Below the pieces are notes generated by a model that saw only the letters and a program-made list of their open reading frames with translations, ran no database searches and was not told the origin of the DNA. A stretch of DNA of 64,000 nt from Thermodesulfobacteriota bacterium (GTDB lineage: Bacteria > Desulfobacterota > Binatia > UBA9968 > JAJDTQ01). The stretch covers positions 2,335,467-2,399,466 of the forward strand of contig OZ220710.1 in the NCBI GenBank assembly GCA_965116635.1. The letters run 5' to 3'. A program made the position numbers and the translations under genes. Positions 56,751-64,000 of this stretch are shown in pieces; the stretch's first letter is position 1, and every line of letters begins with the position of its first letter.

Positions 56751-58004
56751 TCAAACTACCCACCATTCGCCGTCGTCTCTCTGGACGACATCATCAAACA
56801 ACTCCCCGAACCGACTCGTCTCGAAGGAATGGATCGGGACCAGTGTACCTGGCCCCAACGCGCCGGCAAACCGTGCCAAGTCGGCGACCGAGGCGTGACC
56901 GGACGTGTGAATCGTACGCCGGGGAACACCATGCTGTTCCAACCATTTCAGGACCCTCAACGAGCCCTTCTCTTTCAGATATCCCTCCCACATCGAGTAC
57001 GTGAACCCCGCTCCGTCGAGCACCGCATTGACACCGCGGTCGGTCATCGCCATTGGGCGGAACAACATAACTGCCCGGCTGGCCAAGTCGGGAAGAGCTT
57101 CCGGGAAGACCCGATTCGCCTTGTGCCGTCCGAGGTCATCGAACAGGCCGTTCTCCTTGATGAACACACGCTGCCGTTGCGGAATGTAGACCTTCACCTC
57201 GTCCCAGTTAGATTGCGGGATGCTGTCCCGGCCCGTCGCCTCCAGCACCACCGCGGTGTAGAGGTCAATGAGCAGCACCCGGGCGGTCCGTTTGGCGGCG
57301 CGGAAGATCGTGACCAGGCGGTCGATGTTCTGCGAGGAGGTCCAGACGAAGTGGAGGCCCTTGGTTTCCTTGAAGGCCTGCATGAACTCCGTCTCAAGGT
57401 CGTCCTCGGTAGCGAACCCTTCGTCTGCTCCCGTCCGACCGATGGTCGTTCCCTCCATCAAGAGGACGTCGATGTCCTTCGGCGGGCCGGCAACCATCGC
57501 TTCGAACAACTTCGACTTGCGGCCGTGGGCGCGGAAATCGCCGGAGTAGAACACCCGCTTGCCGTCCGCCTCGACCAGGAGATGGTAGGCATCGAACGCG
57601 CTGTGGTCTACCAGGTACGGCGTGACGCGAAACGGACCGATCTCGACGGGTGTCCGGTCGGCGATGAAGTTAGGGTCGGTGAAGGCAGTCCCGTTGGGAA
57701 CGTAAGCGCTTGCCGCCTTCATCACGTTGTGCGCACCCTGGCCGATGTAGACGGGAACCTCCGGGCGGACGTACCGGGCCAAGCCGTAGTGGTCCATGTG
57801 GGGATGCGAGATAAGCACACCGAGCAGGCTTTCCTCCGGCTCCCGGAAACCCGGAACCTGCGGCAGCAGGCTCTTGTGCCACTCCACGTCGTCCGGCGCG
57901 TCGAGCGGCAGGCCGACGTCCAGGGCGATACGCTTCCCTTGCGCCTCTATCTCGATACAGGTACCGCCGATTTCCTTCGTGCCTCGATGAATTCGAACTT
58001 TCAT
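56751..58004 (-). CDS. metallo-beta-lactamase fold, beta-CASP family nuclease
   Basis: HPHMDH is an HxHxDH motif. N-terminal KEIGGTCIEIEAQGKRIALDVG is a beta-CASP/RNase J-like strand. FYSGDFR (motif A Asp) and IHTSGHAS (motif B/C His). The start is uncertain (ATG 58004 vs upstream ATG 58082). Confidence 0.7.
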   Translation of the reverse strand: MKVRIHRGTKEIGGTCIEIEAQGKRIALDVGLPLDAPDDVEWHKSLLPQVPGFREPEESLLGVLISHPHMDHYGLARYVRPEVPVYIGQGAHNVMKAASAYVPNGTAFTDPNFIADRTPVEIGPFRVTPYLVDHSAFDAYHLLVEADGKRVFYSGDFRAHGRKSKLFEAMVAGPPKDIDVLLMEGTTIGRTGADEGFATEDDLETEFMQAFKETKGLHFVWTSSQNIDRLVTIFRAAKRTARVLLIDLYTAVVLEATGRDSIPQSNWDEVKVYIPQRQRVFIKENGLFDDLGRHKANRVFPEALPDLASRAVMLFRPMAMTDRGVNAVLDGAGFTYSMWEGYLKEKGSLRVLKWLEQHGVPRRTIHTSGHASVADLARFAGALGPGTLVPIHSFETSRFGELFDDVVQRDDGEWWVV

Positions 58005-58112
58005 ATCGTCAAATGCCTTCGCGACATGGCTCCCGTCCACCAAATTCAGTCCAATTCCTCCTCGGCCAGTGCCGCGCCCCATCGGTTTCCGGCAACGTGA
58101 ACCCCTTTCCAT

Positions 58113-58350
58113 ACACTATTCAGAGGGCGAGAAGTATATATCTTTGTGCCTAGCGAAAATTAATCGAGTATTTTAGTACGATTCTCTCATGGTGGAAGTC
58201 GGAGGAACCGCGACCCGCTGACCGGTCACGGTAGACGCGCAACCCTGTAGCCGCCCTTGCAGCAGCGCGATGTTGCTGGTGGGATTCGTCCAGAAGGGCT
58301 TGGCGAGAGGTTTCGGGGGTGGCCTGAAGCAGGCCGCTGGCGAGAACGCT
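58113..58350 (-). promoter_or_regulatory. AT-rich leader/promoter region upstream of the MBL-nuclease operon
   Basis: About 40% GC (tatatatctttgtgcctagcgaaaattaatcgagtattttagtacg) in a ~67% GC genome. No precise -35/-10 assigned. Confidence 0.3.
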
Positions 58351-58680
58351 TCAGTCCAAGGCGAGTGCAAAGCGCACTGCGGTGGCCACACTCTCCATTT
58401 TTTCAGCCGGGAGACTCGTGAGCAGCGAGCCGACTCTGCCGCGTGGAACCGTCTGCAAATGATCGCAGTTCACCGCGCATTCACGAGCCATTCCATCGTC
58501 GGCCGACAGTACGACCTCGCTCGGGATACCGCGAACGGTCGTGGTGACGGGAACGACCGTCACTTCGCTCAGGCTCGGAATGATCGAGTCACGTGTGAGA
58601 ACGAGCACAGGTCTGCGCCTGTCCGGGCGACCGAATCGGTACCAGCGGATCTCACCGCGACGCATCACTCCTCTTTCCAC
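58351..58680 (-). CDS. PemK/MazF family endoribonuclease toxin
   Basis: RRGEIRWYRFGRPDRRRPVLVLTRDSI...VTVVPVTTT...SEVVL matches the MazF/PemK pattern. Confidence 0.8.
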   Translation of the reverse strand: MERGVMRRGEIRWYRFGRPDRRRPVLVLTRDSIIPSLSEVTVVPVTTTVRGIPSEVVLSADDGMARECAVNCDHLQTVPRGRVGSLLTSLPAEKMESVATAVRFALALD

Positions 58681-58913
58681 GCATCGTCACCCCATGCGTG
58701 ATCCCTTTCCGGGATGTCGAACTCCTGTTTGGCGGGCGGGTTCTTTCGGTATCCGGCTCTGTGGCGCTCTTCCAATTCCGCTTCGTCGTAGCGCTCCAGG
58801 GCGGCTCTCAACACTTTGCGTGTAAACCCTGAGCGCGTGGTACCGAGACGCTTCGCCCGTCGGTCGACCCTTTCCACGAGATCGGCATCCATCGTTAGCT
58901 GTATGACTTTCAT
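58665..58913 (-). CDS. ribbon-helix-helix (CopG/MazE-like) antitoxin
   Basis: TMDADLVERVDRRAKRLGTTRSGFTRKVLRAAL is an RHH motif. Overlaps the PemK gene by 16 bp. Confidence 0.7.
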   Translation of the reverse strand: MKVIQLTMDADLVERVDRRAKRLGTTRSGFTRKVLRAALERYDEAELEERHRAGYRKNPPAKQEFDIPERDHAWGDDAWKEE

Positions 58914-58974
58914 AGCTATACACTAACCTATTCTGTGCTCTATACAAGTCTCTAGGACGTGGTCGTGTCGACCG

Positions 58975-59508
58975 TCAGAAGTAGCGCACGCGGGCCAAGA
59001 GTTCGGCGTCCGGCCGTCCGGCGGCCGTCGCCGGCCATCCGGTCAGATCCGGGCGCGGCCCAAAGAGCGCGAAAACCTTGCCGTCTCTGGCTGGCCCGGA
59101 CTGTAGCCCGCCGTCGACCCGCCAGCCATGCGCGCCGCCTGAACGCAGGGCAGCCGACGGCGCCGTGAGCCCGGACGCGCCTCCGTTTCGAAAGCGGTCG
59201 GCTTCCCGTTGGCAATCGAGCCAGCTCTCCCGACCGCCGGTCAGCGTCGCTGGCGCCAACTCCGGCTCCTCCCCCGGCTCGTCACCGATGTCCACCGCCC
59301 ATAGTGCCCGGCGAACCGTCAGCAGGTCCTCCGGATCGACGATTTCCTCGTGACGCAGGAACTCGGCCCACGCCCCGTCCGGCGTATCCGTGAAATAGTG
59401 TGTCAACTGGCCCGGGGCGTTCCATCGACCCGCGGGTTGAGACGAGTCTCCCCGGAGGAAAGGGAAACGGGGATCGGCGTGACAAAAGGCGATCATGTCA
59501 CCGGCCAC
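58975..59508 (-). CDS. RES domain toxin (second copy)
   Basis: GRWNAPG, YFTDTPDGAWAEFLRHE and LTAPSAA provide the R-E-S positions. Overlaps the upstream antitoxin by 16 bp. Confidence 0.7.
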   Translation of the reverse strand: MAGDMIAFCHADPRFPFLRGDSSQPAGRWNAPGQLTHYFTDTPDGAWAEFLRHEEIVDPEDLLTVRRALWAVDIGDEPGEEPELAPATLTGGRESWLDCQREADRFRNGGASGLTAPSAALRSGGAHGWRVDGGLQSGPARDGKVFALFGPRPDLTGWPATAAGRPDAELLARVRYF

Positions 59509-60113
59509 GGTCCAAGGGCTGCCGCCAACTCCCGCACTTGCCGCGGCCCGTCGTCATCCGGTCCCCAATCCCCGTGCAGCAACTGAGCGGGTGCATACCC
59601 GTTGAGCAACTGACGTGGACGGTGGAACCAACGGCGGACGCCGACGTCGTTGTACGCACCCGCGAGATCACCCACGACGAAAGCCAGGAAGTGGAGACGG
59701 GCGGCGACCGCATCGGGCGTCGTCCGGGCGCCGGCGAAATAGCGACGGGCGCTTGACACCGAGATCCTCATGAGTTCGGCCATGGACTCCAGTCCCAGGA
59801 TACGTTCGACAGCCCGCCACTCCCGCTCGGGAACAGGCGATTCGGTGAGCGCCTCGCTGATCTTCTTGAGCAGAGCGGACAACCTCTCCGGCCCGGTGGT
59901 CGAGGCCGTACGAAGCTCCGCCGTGAGCCCCCGGCCGATCCCGGCATCCGTCAAACCTCTCTCCAATCCCTCCATGGCGGTGTCGTCCAGGCGCACGATT
60001 TCGGCGGGCAGCAAGCCCATGGCATCCGCCCGGCTGAGCGCCTCCATAGCTGCCGGCATCACCTTCGGGTCGTCGAACGGACTGCGGATGGATCCTGATT
60101 GGATATTTAACAC
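59493..60113 (-). CDS. Xre/MbcA/ParS-type antitoxin (DUF2384-like), second copy
   Basis: C-terminal AARLHFLAFVVGDLAGAYNDVGVRRWFHRPRQLLNGYAPAQLL is typical of the DUF2384 toxin-binding domain. Confidence 0.65.
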   Translation of the reverse strand: MLNIQSGSIRSPFDDPKVMPAAMEALSRADAMGLLPAEIVRLDDTAMEGLERGLTDAGIGRGLTAELRTASTTGPERLSALLKKISEALTESPVPEREWRAVERILGLESMAELMRISVSSARRYFAGARTTPDAVAARLHFLAFVVGDLAGAYNDVGVRRWFHRPRQLLNGYAPAQLLHGDWGPDDDGPRQVRELAAALGPWPVT

Positions 60114-60220
60114 AATCCGAAACCTATCCGGTCAATGGAGGCCTGTCAACTCCTCCGGAACTTGGGGCAAATTCCGTGCCGGAGCGTCGTGTCGCACGAT
60201 TGATTCAACGATACACGGGG

Positions 60221-61324
60221 TCAAACCGCGACTCTTCGCTCGCCCTCCACGGCCAGCCCGTAGAACTCCTCCGCGTTCCGGTGCAGCACGCCGTGCTTGT
60301 CGTCGTCGGTGAGGCGGTCGTTCTCGACGATCTCGCGGATCTCGGCCTTGCAGTAGTCGTTGTTGACCTCGTGGGGAAAGTCGCTGGAAAACATGAAGGG
60401 TTTGTTGCCCAAGGCTTCGATGGCGTTGTGCAGAGTGGGCTCGGTGCCTTCGCAGCCGACGAAGATGCGCCCCTTTTCGGCGTGGCGTCGGATGTAGTCA
60501 CTGACTTGCTCGCCCGGCTTGAGCTGGATGAACTCGCCGCGGGGGTCGTACTGGACGTGGGTTTCCCAGCCCCGGTCGAAGCGTTCGAGGCAGGTGTGAA
60601 TCCAGGCTACGCCGCCTTCCATGAAGCCCACGCGCATGTGGGGATAGCGGTCGAACAGACCGTTGAACACGAAGCCGGCGAAGCACACCATCTGGCCAAA
60701 GGGGTGGCCCAGGCCGTTGATGGGGGCGTAGGGCGTCAGGTAATCCATGCCCAGCCCCTCGTGGGCGCCGCCGTGGACGCCGATGCTGCAGCCCAGCCGG
60801 TCGGCCTCGGCGTACACCGGCCAGTATTCCTTGGAACCCAGGTGCCCCTTGAGGCCCATGGAGGGCAGCATGGCGCCGCAGAAGCCCAGCTCCTCGACGA
60901 TGCGGCGCAGTTCCTTCACCGCCTCCGCTGGCTCCTGCATGGGGATCAGGCCGAGCCCCTGAAACTTCGCGCTCGCCTTCAGGTAGGTGTCGTGGAACCA
61001 GTTGTTGTAGGCTTGGCAGATCTCGATGGCGAAGTCGCCGTTGATCACCTTGCCCACCGCCAGCCCACCGGTGGGGTAGAGGACCGCGCGCTCGATGCCC
61101 ACGTCCTCCATGAACTCCAGCCAGCCCGTCGGGCCCACCTGCCGGAACGCGCCGGGGACGAGGTCGTAGAGAGTGGCGCTGTGGAGGTGATCCAGGGGCG
61201 GGAAGAGCCGTCCCTTGCCCCGGAAACGGTCGTGGTAGGCGGCCGGCATGTACTCCAGCAACGCCTCCCAGTCCTCCATGACGTGACCGTCGCCGTCGAT
61301 GACGTCCATCCGATCCCAGGCCAT
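60221..61324 (-). CDS. amidohydrolase-2 family metal-dependent hydrolase/decarboxylase
   Basis: N-terminus MAWDRMDVIDGDGHVMED. Confidence 0.85.
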   Translation of the reverse strand: MAWDRMDVIDGDGHVMEDWEALLEYMPAAYHDRFRGKGRLFPPLDHLHSATLYDLVPGAFRQVGPTGWLEFMEDVGIERAVLYPTGGLAVGKVINGDFAIEICQAYNNWFHDTYLKASAKFQGLGLIPMQEPAEAVKELRRIVEELGFCGAMLPSMGLKGHLGSKEYWPVYAEADRLGCSIGVHGGAHEGLGMDYLTPYAPINGLGHPFGQMVCFAGFVFNGLFDRYPHMRVGFMEGGVAWIHTCLERFDRGWETHVQYDPRGEFIQLKPGEQVSDYIRRHAEKGRIFVGCEGTEPTLHNAIEALGNKPFMFSSDFPHEVNNDYCKAEIREIVENDRLTDDDKHGVLHRNAEEFYGLAVEGERRVAV

Positions 61325-61341
61325 GTTCGTCCCTCCCCTTT

Positions 61342-62448
61342 CTACAGTCCGTAGAGCCGGCGCGCGTTGTCGCTCAGGATCTTGAGTTTGACGTCCTCGG
61401 AGATGTCGGTGCGCTCCCGGAATACCTTGATGGCGTCCACGTCACTGGAAACGTCGGTGTGCCCGTAGTCAGTGCCGATGACCAGGCCGTCCTCGCCGCT
61501 CTCCTGGACAATATACGCCAGATCGTCACTGTTCTCGCACGTGACGAACATGCCGAACTCCGCCATGGGGTTGTCCGGCCACTCCCGCCCCAGCACACGG
61601 CAGCGGGCGCGAACCTCGCGCAGCATCCAGGGCACCCACTGGGAACTGGCCTCGATGAAACCCCAGCGCAAGTCCGGAAACACCTGCGGTATCTCGCTCA
61701 GCAGAATGTCGCTGAATGCGCCCACGGTAGGCACTCGGAACCGGTGGAAGTTGGCTGCATTGGACACCGGATGGTTGCAGAGGTCGTTGAACCACGGGCT
61801 ACCGTTGGCGATGTGGATGGCGATGGACATGTCCAGGCGCGTGGCTTCCTCATAGATGGGATAGAAATACGGGTCCACCAGGAGCCGGTTGCCCTCATAC
61901 GGCCGCATCAGCACCGCGCAGGCGCCGTGCTCCTTGCCGAAGCGGATCTGGTCCAGGGCATCGGCAATGCTGAGGGTGGGCGCCAGGCACGACCACCTGA
62001 GCCTGCCCTCGGACTGGGACCAGATGTCCCCAAGCCACCGGTTCCAGCTTCCGCACAGCGCCACCTCCACCGGCGCACGGTCCGTCACCTGCTCGATGAA
62101 CATGGTGTTGTGCAGCACCTGGACGTCGACGTCGGTGTCGTCCATGTGCTCCAGCCGAAGCCCCACGTTGCCGAGTTCCATGGACTCGTCCGCGTCGGCG
62201 AACTTGCGGCCCACCCGCCGCTCACGCTGCCGCAGCGCTTCTTCCGAAAACGCCGGAAAGCGGAAGCCCCGCACCTTTCCGTCCACCACCCAGAACTGCT
62301 GCTTGACGCCCGCCTCCTCCGGTGACGCCAGCGGCACCGGACGGTACTGGCGATCGGAGGGATCGAGGTAGTCCCAGGTGCGTTCGCATTCCACCACGTG
62401 GGCGTCCGAGTCCACGATCAAGGGCTTGCCGTTGGCGTCTCCACTCAT
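61342..62448 (-). CDS. amidohydrolase-2 family protein, tandem paralog B
   Basis: MSGDANGKPLIVDSDAHVVECE. AAGGAG lies 8 nt upstream of the ATG at 62448. Confidence 0.85.
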   Translation of the reverse strand: MSGDANGKPLIVDSDAHVVECERTWDYLDPSDRQYRPVPLASPEEAGVKQQFWVVDGKVRGFRFPAFSEEALRQRERRVGRKFADADESMELGNVGLRLEHMDDTDVDVQVLHNTMFIEQVTDRAPVEVALCGSWNRWLGDIWSQSEGRLRWSCLAPTLSIADALDQIRFGKEHGACAVLMRPYEGNRLLVDPYFYPIYEEATRLDMSIAIHIANGSPWFNDLCNHPVSNAANFHRFRVPTVGAFSDILLSEIPQVFPDLRWGFIEASSQWVPWMLREVRARCRVLGREWPDNPMAEFGMFVTCENSDDLAYIVQESGEDGLVIGTDYGHTDVSSDVDAIKVFRERTDISEDVKLKILSDNARRLYGL

Positions 62449-62519
62449 GTCCTTGCTCCTTTGCCCAACTTCCCGAGCCGAACAGGGGCTCAAGGCACGG
62501 GCGGGTTTGACCCCCGGCG

Positions 62520-63626
62520 CTACAGCGCGTAGAGCCGGCGCGCGTTGTCACTCAGAATCTTTCGCTTCACGTCCTCGGCCAGATCGGTCCGATCCCGGAA
62601 GATCCGGATGGCATCGAGGTCGCTGGACGTATCCGTGTGGCCGTAGTCGGTGCCGATGACCAGGCCGTCCTCGCCGGTTTCCTCCACGATGTACGGCAGG
62701 TCGTCGGTGTTCTCGCAGGTCACGAACATCCGGAACGCATCCATGGGGTTGTCCGGCCATTCCCGGCCCCTGGTCCTGAACCGGTTCCGGGTCTCGTGAA
62801 GGATCCACGGCAGCCACTGGGCGCTGGCCTCGATGAATCCCCAGCGCAGATTCGGGAACAGCTCCGGCACCTCGCTGAAGAGCACGTGGGCGAAGCCGCC
62901 CACGGTGGGGATGCGGAAGCGGTGGAAAAAGGCTCCCAGCCGCACCGGATGGCGGTAGAGGTCGTTGAGCCAGGCGCTGCCGTTGGCGATGTGCACGGCA
63001 ATGGCCAGGTCCAGGCGGCTGGCCTCCTCGTAGATGGGATAGAAATACGGGTCCACCAGCGGGCGGTTGCCCTCGACGGGCCGCATCAGCACCGCACAGG
63101 CGCCGTGCTCCCGGGAGAAGCGGATCTGGTCCAGCGCGTCCGGCATGCTCAGGGTAGGCGCAAGACACGACCAGCGCAGCCGTCCGTCCGACTGGGACCA
63201 GATATCCGCGAGCCACCGGTTCCAGCTCCCGCACAGCGCCACCTCCACCGGAGCGCGCTCCGTCACCTCCTCGATGAACATGGTGTTGTGCAGCACCTGA
63301 ACGTCCACCCCGGTGGCGTCCATGTGCTCCAGCCGGAGCCCCACGTTGCCCAACTCCCGGGCCTCCCTGGCCTCGGCGAACCTGCGGCCCACCTGCTCCT
63401 GCCGGCGCCGCAACTCCTCCTCCGAGAACGCCGGGAAGCGATTGCCCCGCACCTTGCCGTCCACGAGCCAGAACTGCAGCGTGACGCCTCCGTCTTCGGG
63501 CGCCGCCAGCGGCACCGGGCGGTACTGCCGTTCCGAAGGGTCGAGGTAGTCCCAGGTACGCTCGCATTCCACTACGTGGGCGTCCGCGTCGACGATCAAG
63601 AGCTTTCCGTTGGCGTCTCCGCTCAT
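62520..63626 (-). CDS. amidohydrolase-2 family protein, tandem paralog C (~80% aa identity to B)
   Basis: MSGDANGKLLIVDADAHVVECE. The track ORF runs on to 63938 through non-coding spacer; ATG at 63626 follows AAGGAG. Confidence 0.85.
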   Translation of the reverse strand: MSGDANGKLLIVDADAHVVECERTWDYLDPSERQYRPVPLAAPEDGGVTLQFWLVDGKVRGNRFPAFSEEELRRRQEQVGRRFAEAREARELGNVGLRLEHMDATGVDVQVLHNTMFIEEVTERAPVEVALCGSWNRWLADIWSQSDGRLRWSCLAPTLSMPDALDQIRFSREHGACAVLMRPVEGNRPLVDPYFYPIYEEASRLDLAIAVHIANGSAWLNDLYRHPVRLGAFFHRFRIPTVGGFAHVLFSEVPELFPNLRWGFIEASAQWLPWILHETRNRFRTRGREWPDNPMDAFRMFVTCENTDDLPYIVEETGEDGLVIGTDYGHTDTSSDLDAIRIFRDRTDLAEDVKRKILSDNARRLYAL

Positions 63627-63697
63627 GGCCTTGCTCCTTTTCTCGCCTTCCCGAGCCGGGCAGCCGTCCTGGCACGGGCGGGTTTGAAACCCGCCCC

Positions 63698-64000
63698 CTA
63701 CAGCCCGTAGAGCCGGCGCGCGTTGTCGCTCAGGATCTTGCGCTTGACGTCCTCGGACAGGTCGGCGCGTTCCCGGAAGACCTTGATGGCGTCCACGTCG
63801 CTGGAGGTGTCGGTGTGTCCGTAGTCGGTGCCGATGACCAAGCCGTCCTCGCCGGTCTCCTGCACGATGTACGGCAGGTCGTCGGTATTCTCGCAGGTCA
63901 CGAACATCCGGAAGTGGTCCATGGGGTTGTCCGGCCACTCACGGCCCAGGGTCCGGAAACGGTTGCCGACTTCGTGAAGGATCCAGGGCAGCCACTGGGA
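63698..64000 (-). CDS. amidohydrolase-2 family protein, tandem paralog D, 5'-truncated by window end
   Basis: The C-terminal 100 aa are near-identical to paralogs B and C. The frame stays open to the window end. Confidence 0.8.
   Translation of the reverse strand, partial: SQWLPWILHEVGNRFRTLGREWPDNPMDHFRMFVTCENTDDLPYIVQETGEDGLVIGTDYGHTDTSSDVDAIKVFRERADLSEDVKRKILSDNARRLYGL

Noticed and set aside
63676-63696. Perfect 9-bp-stem hairpin gggcgggtttgaaacccgccc as a rho-independent terminator
   Set aside because: No U-tract follows on the transcribed (minus) strand, and an SD and start codon of the next paralog lie 45 nt downstream. I kept it as a possible processing or stability element rather than annotating a terminator.
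62520-63938. 472-aa version of amidohydrolase paralog C, and the 74-aa ORF at 63698-63922
   Set aside because: The first ~100 residues of the long ORF are a frame-shifted read-through of the spacer and the 3' end of paralog D. The real start is the ATG at 63626 after AAGGAG. The 74-aa ORF is simply the C-terminus of paralog D, which continues to the window edge.

Overview
This is a high-GC (roughly two-thirds G+C by eye) bacterial chromosomal segment dominated by catabolic and transport genes, with a small low-GC accessory islet near the 3' end that is the most likely place for something undescribed.

Gene content, left to right: an M16 zinc-peptidase pair (the first gene is 5'-truncated by the window edge), a CCA-adding enzyme, and three xanthine-dehydrogenase/CO-dehydrogenase-family molybdopterin large subunits, only one of which sits next to the 2Fe-2S small and FAD medium subunits. 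There are seven amidohydrolase-2 (ACMSD/LigW-like) paralogs, including a tandem triplication at the 3' end. Also present are a UbiD decarboxylase, an HpaB-type flavin monooxygenase, a sulfotransferase, two luciferase-like (LLM) oxidoreductases, two SDRs, a HyuB-type hydantoinase/oxoprolinase followed by a family-III CoA-transferase, and an ICL/PEP-mutase-family protein. Transport genes comprise a TRAP dctPQM set with a duplicated dctP-amidohydrolase module, two ABC systems and four MFS transporters.

Other notable genes are a class-II Fic protein, an HtpX protease, a TraB-family protein, a creatininase, a divergent cyclase, and an approximately 845-aa tandem-repeat coiled-coil lipoprotein.

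Three interspersed repeat families are visible in intergenic DNA. The first is a palindromic REP/MITE-like unit. The second is a GC-rich palindrome. The third is a roughly 160-220 bp MITE with ~31-bp terminal inverted repeats and TA target duplications; it is inserted exactly at the TAG stop codons of htpX and coxS.

The low-GC accessory islet (~54.8-60.1 kb) carries two RES-Xre toxin-antitoxin modules and a MazF/PemK-RHH module. Between them sits a tightly coupled two-gene operon encoding a beta-CASP metallo-beta-lactamase-fold nuclease and an uncharacterised protein with a PD-(D/E)xK-like signature. The islet is bracketed by a 31-bp perfect direct repeat. This pair is the best candidate for an undescribed (possibly defence) system in the window. 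No rRNA, tRNA or CRISPR array was recognised.
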